Positions 63,993 to 64,000 of a stretch of DNA of 64,000 bases are shown here, piece by piece; positions within the stretch are counted from its first letter, which is position 1, and each line of letters begins with the position of its first letter. A program made the translations under genes and the position numbers. A model generated the notes under the pieces. It ran no database searches, had not been told where the DNA came from, and saw nothing but the letters and a program-made list of their open reading frames with translations. The DNA is taken from the NCBI RefSeq assembly GCF_009834535.1, contig NC_045697.1, positions 102,922,001 to 102,986,000 of the forward strand. Direction: 5' to 3'. The DNA is from Camelus ferus (taxonomy: Eukaryota).

Positions 63993-64000
63993 ATAATTAT

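Overview
Mammalian genomic DNA, almost certainly camelid (alpaca/llama/camel). Six copies of the tRNA-Ala-derived Vic-1-type SINE and several young L1 3' ends of camelid type are present, with no Alu, B1/B2, Bov-tA or CAN SINEs. A large part of the window is transposable-element relics (L1, L2, MIR, MaLR/ERVL/ERV1 LTRs, hAT MITEs), plus microsatellites and one 100-N assembly gap. I cannot support any intact, recognisable protein-coding gene, RNA gene or CRISPR array; the ORF-track entries are L1 ORF2 relics or chance ORFs. The best-supported oddities are retrotransposition products: an L1 3' transduction whose own poly(A) signal is lost, a TSD-flanked poly(A)-tailed copy of an LTR-like short transcript, a fold-back hairpin in a young L1 insert, and a two-LTR ancient MaLR provirus. 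More speculative are a minus-strand spliced transcript ending in a good poly(A) site, two decayed coding-like blocks and several enhancer-like motif clusters. Repeat family names are from recall of consensus sequences and boundaries are approximate unless a TSD is quoted. I see no convincing evidence of a wholly new biological system.
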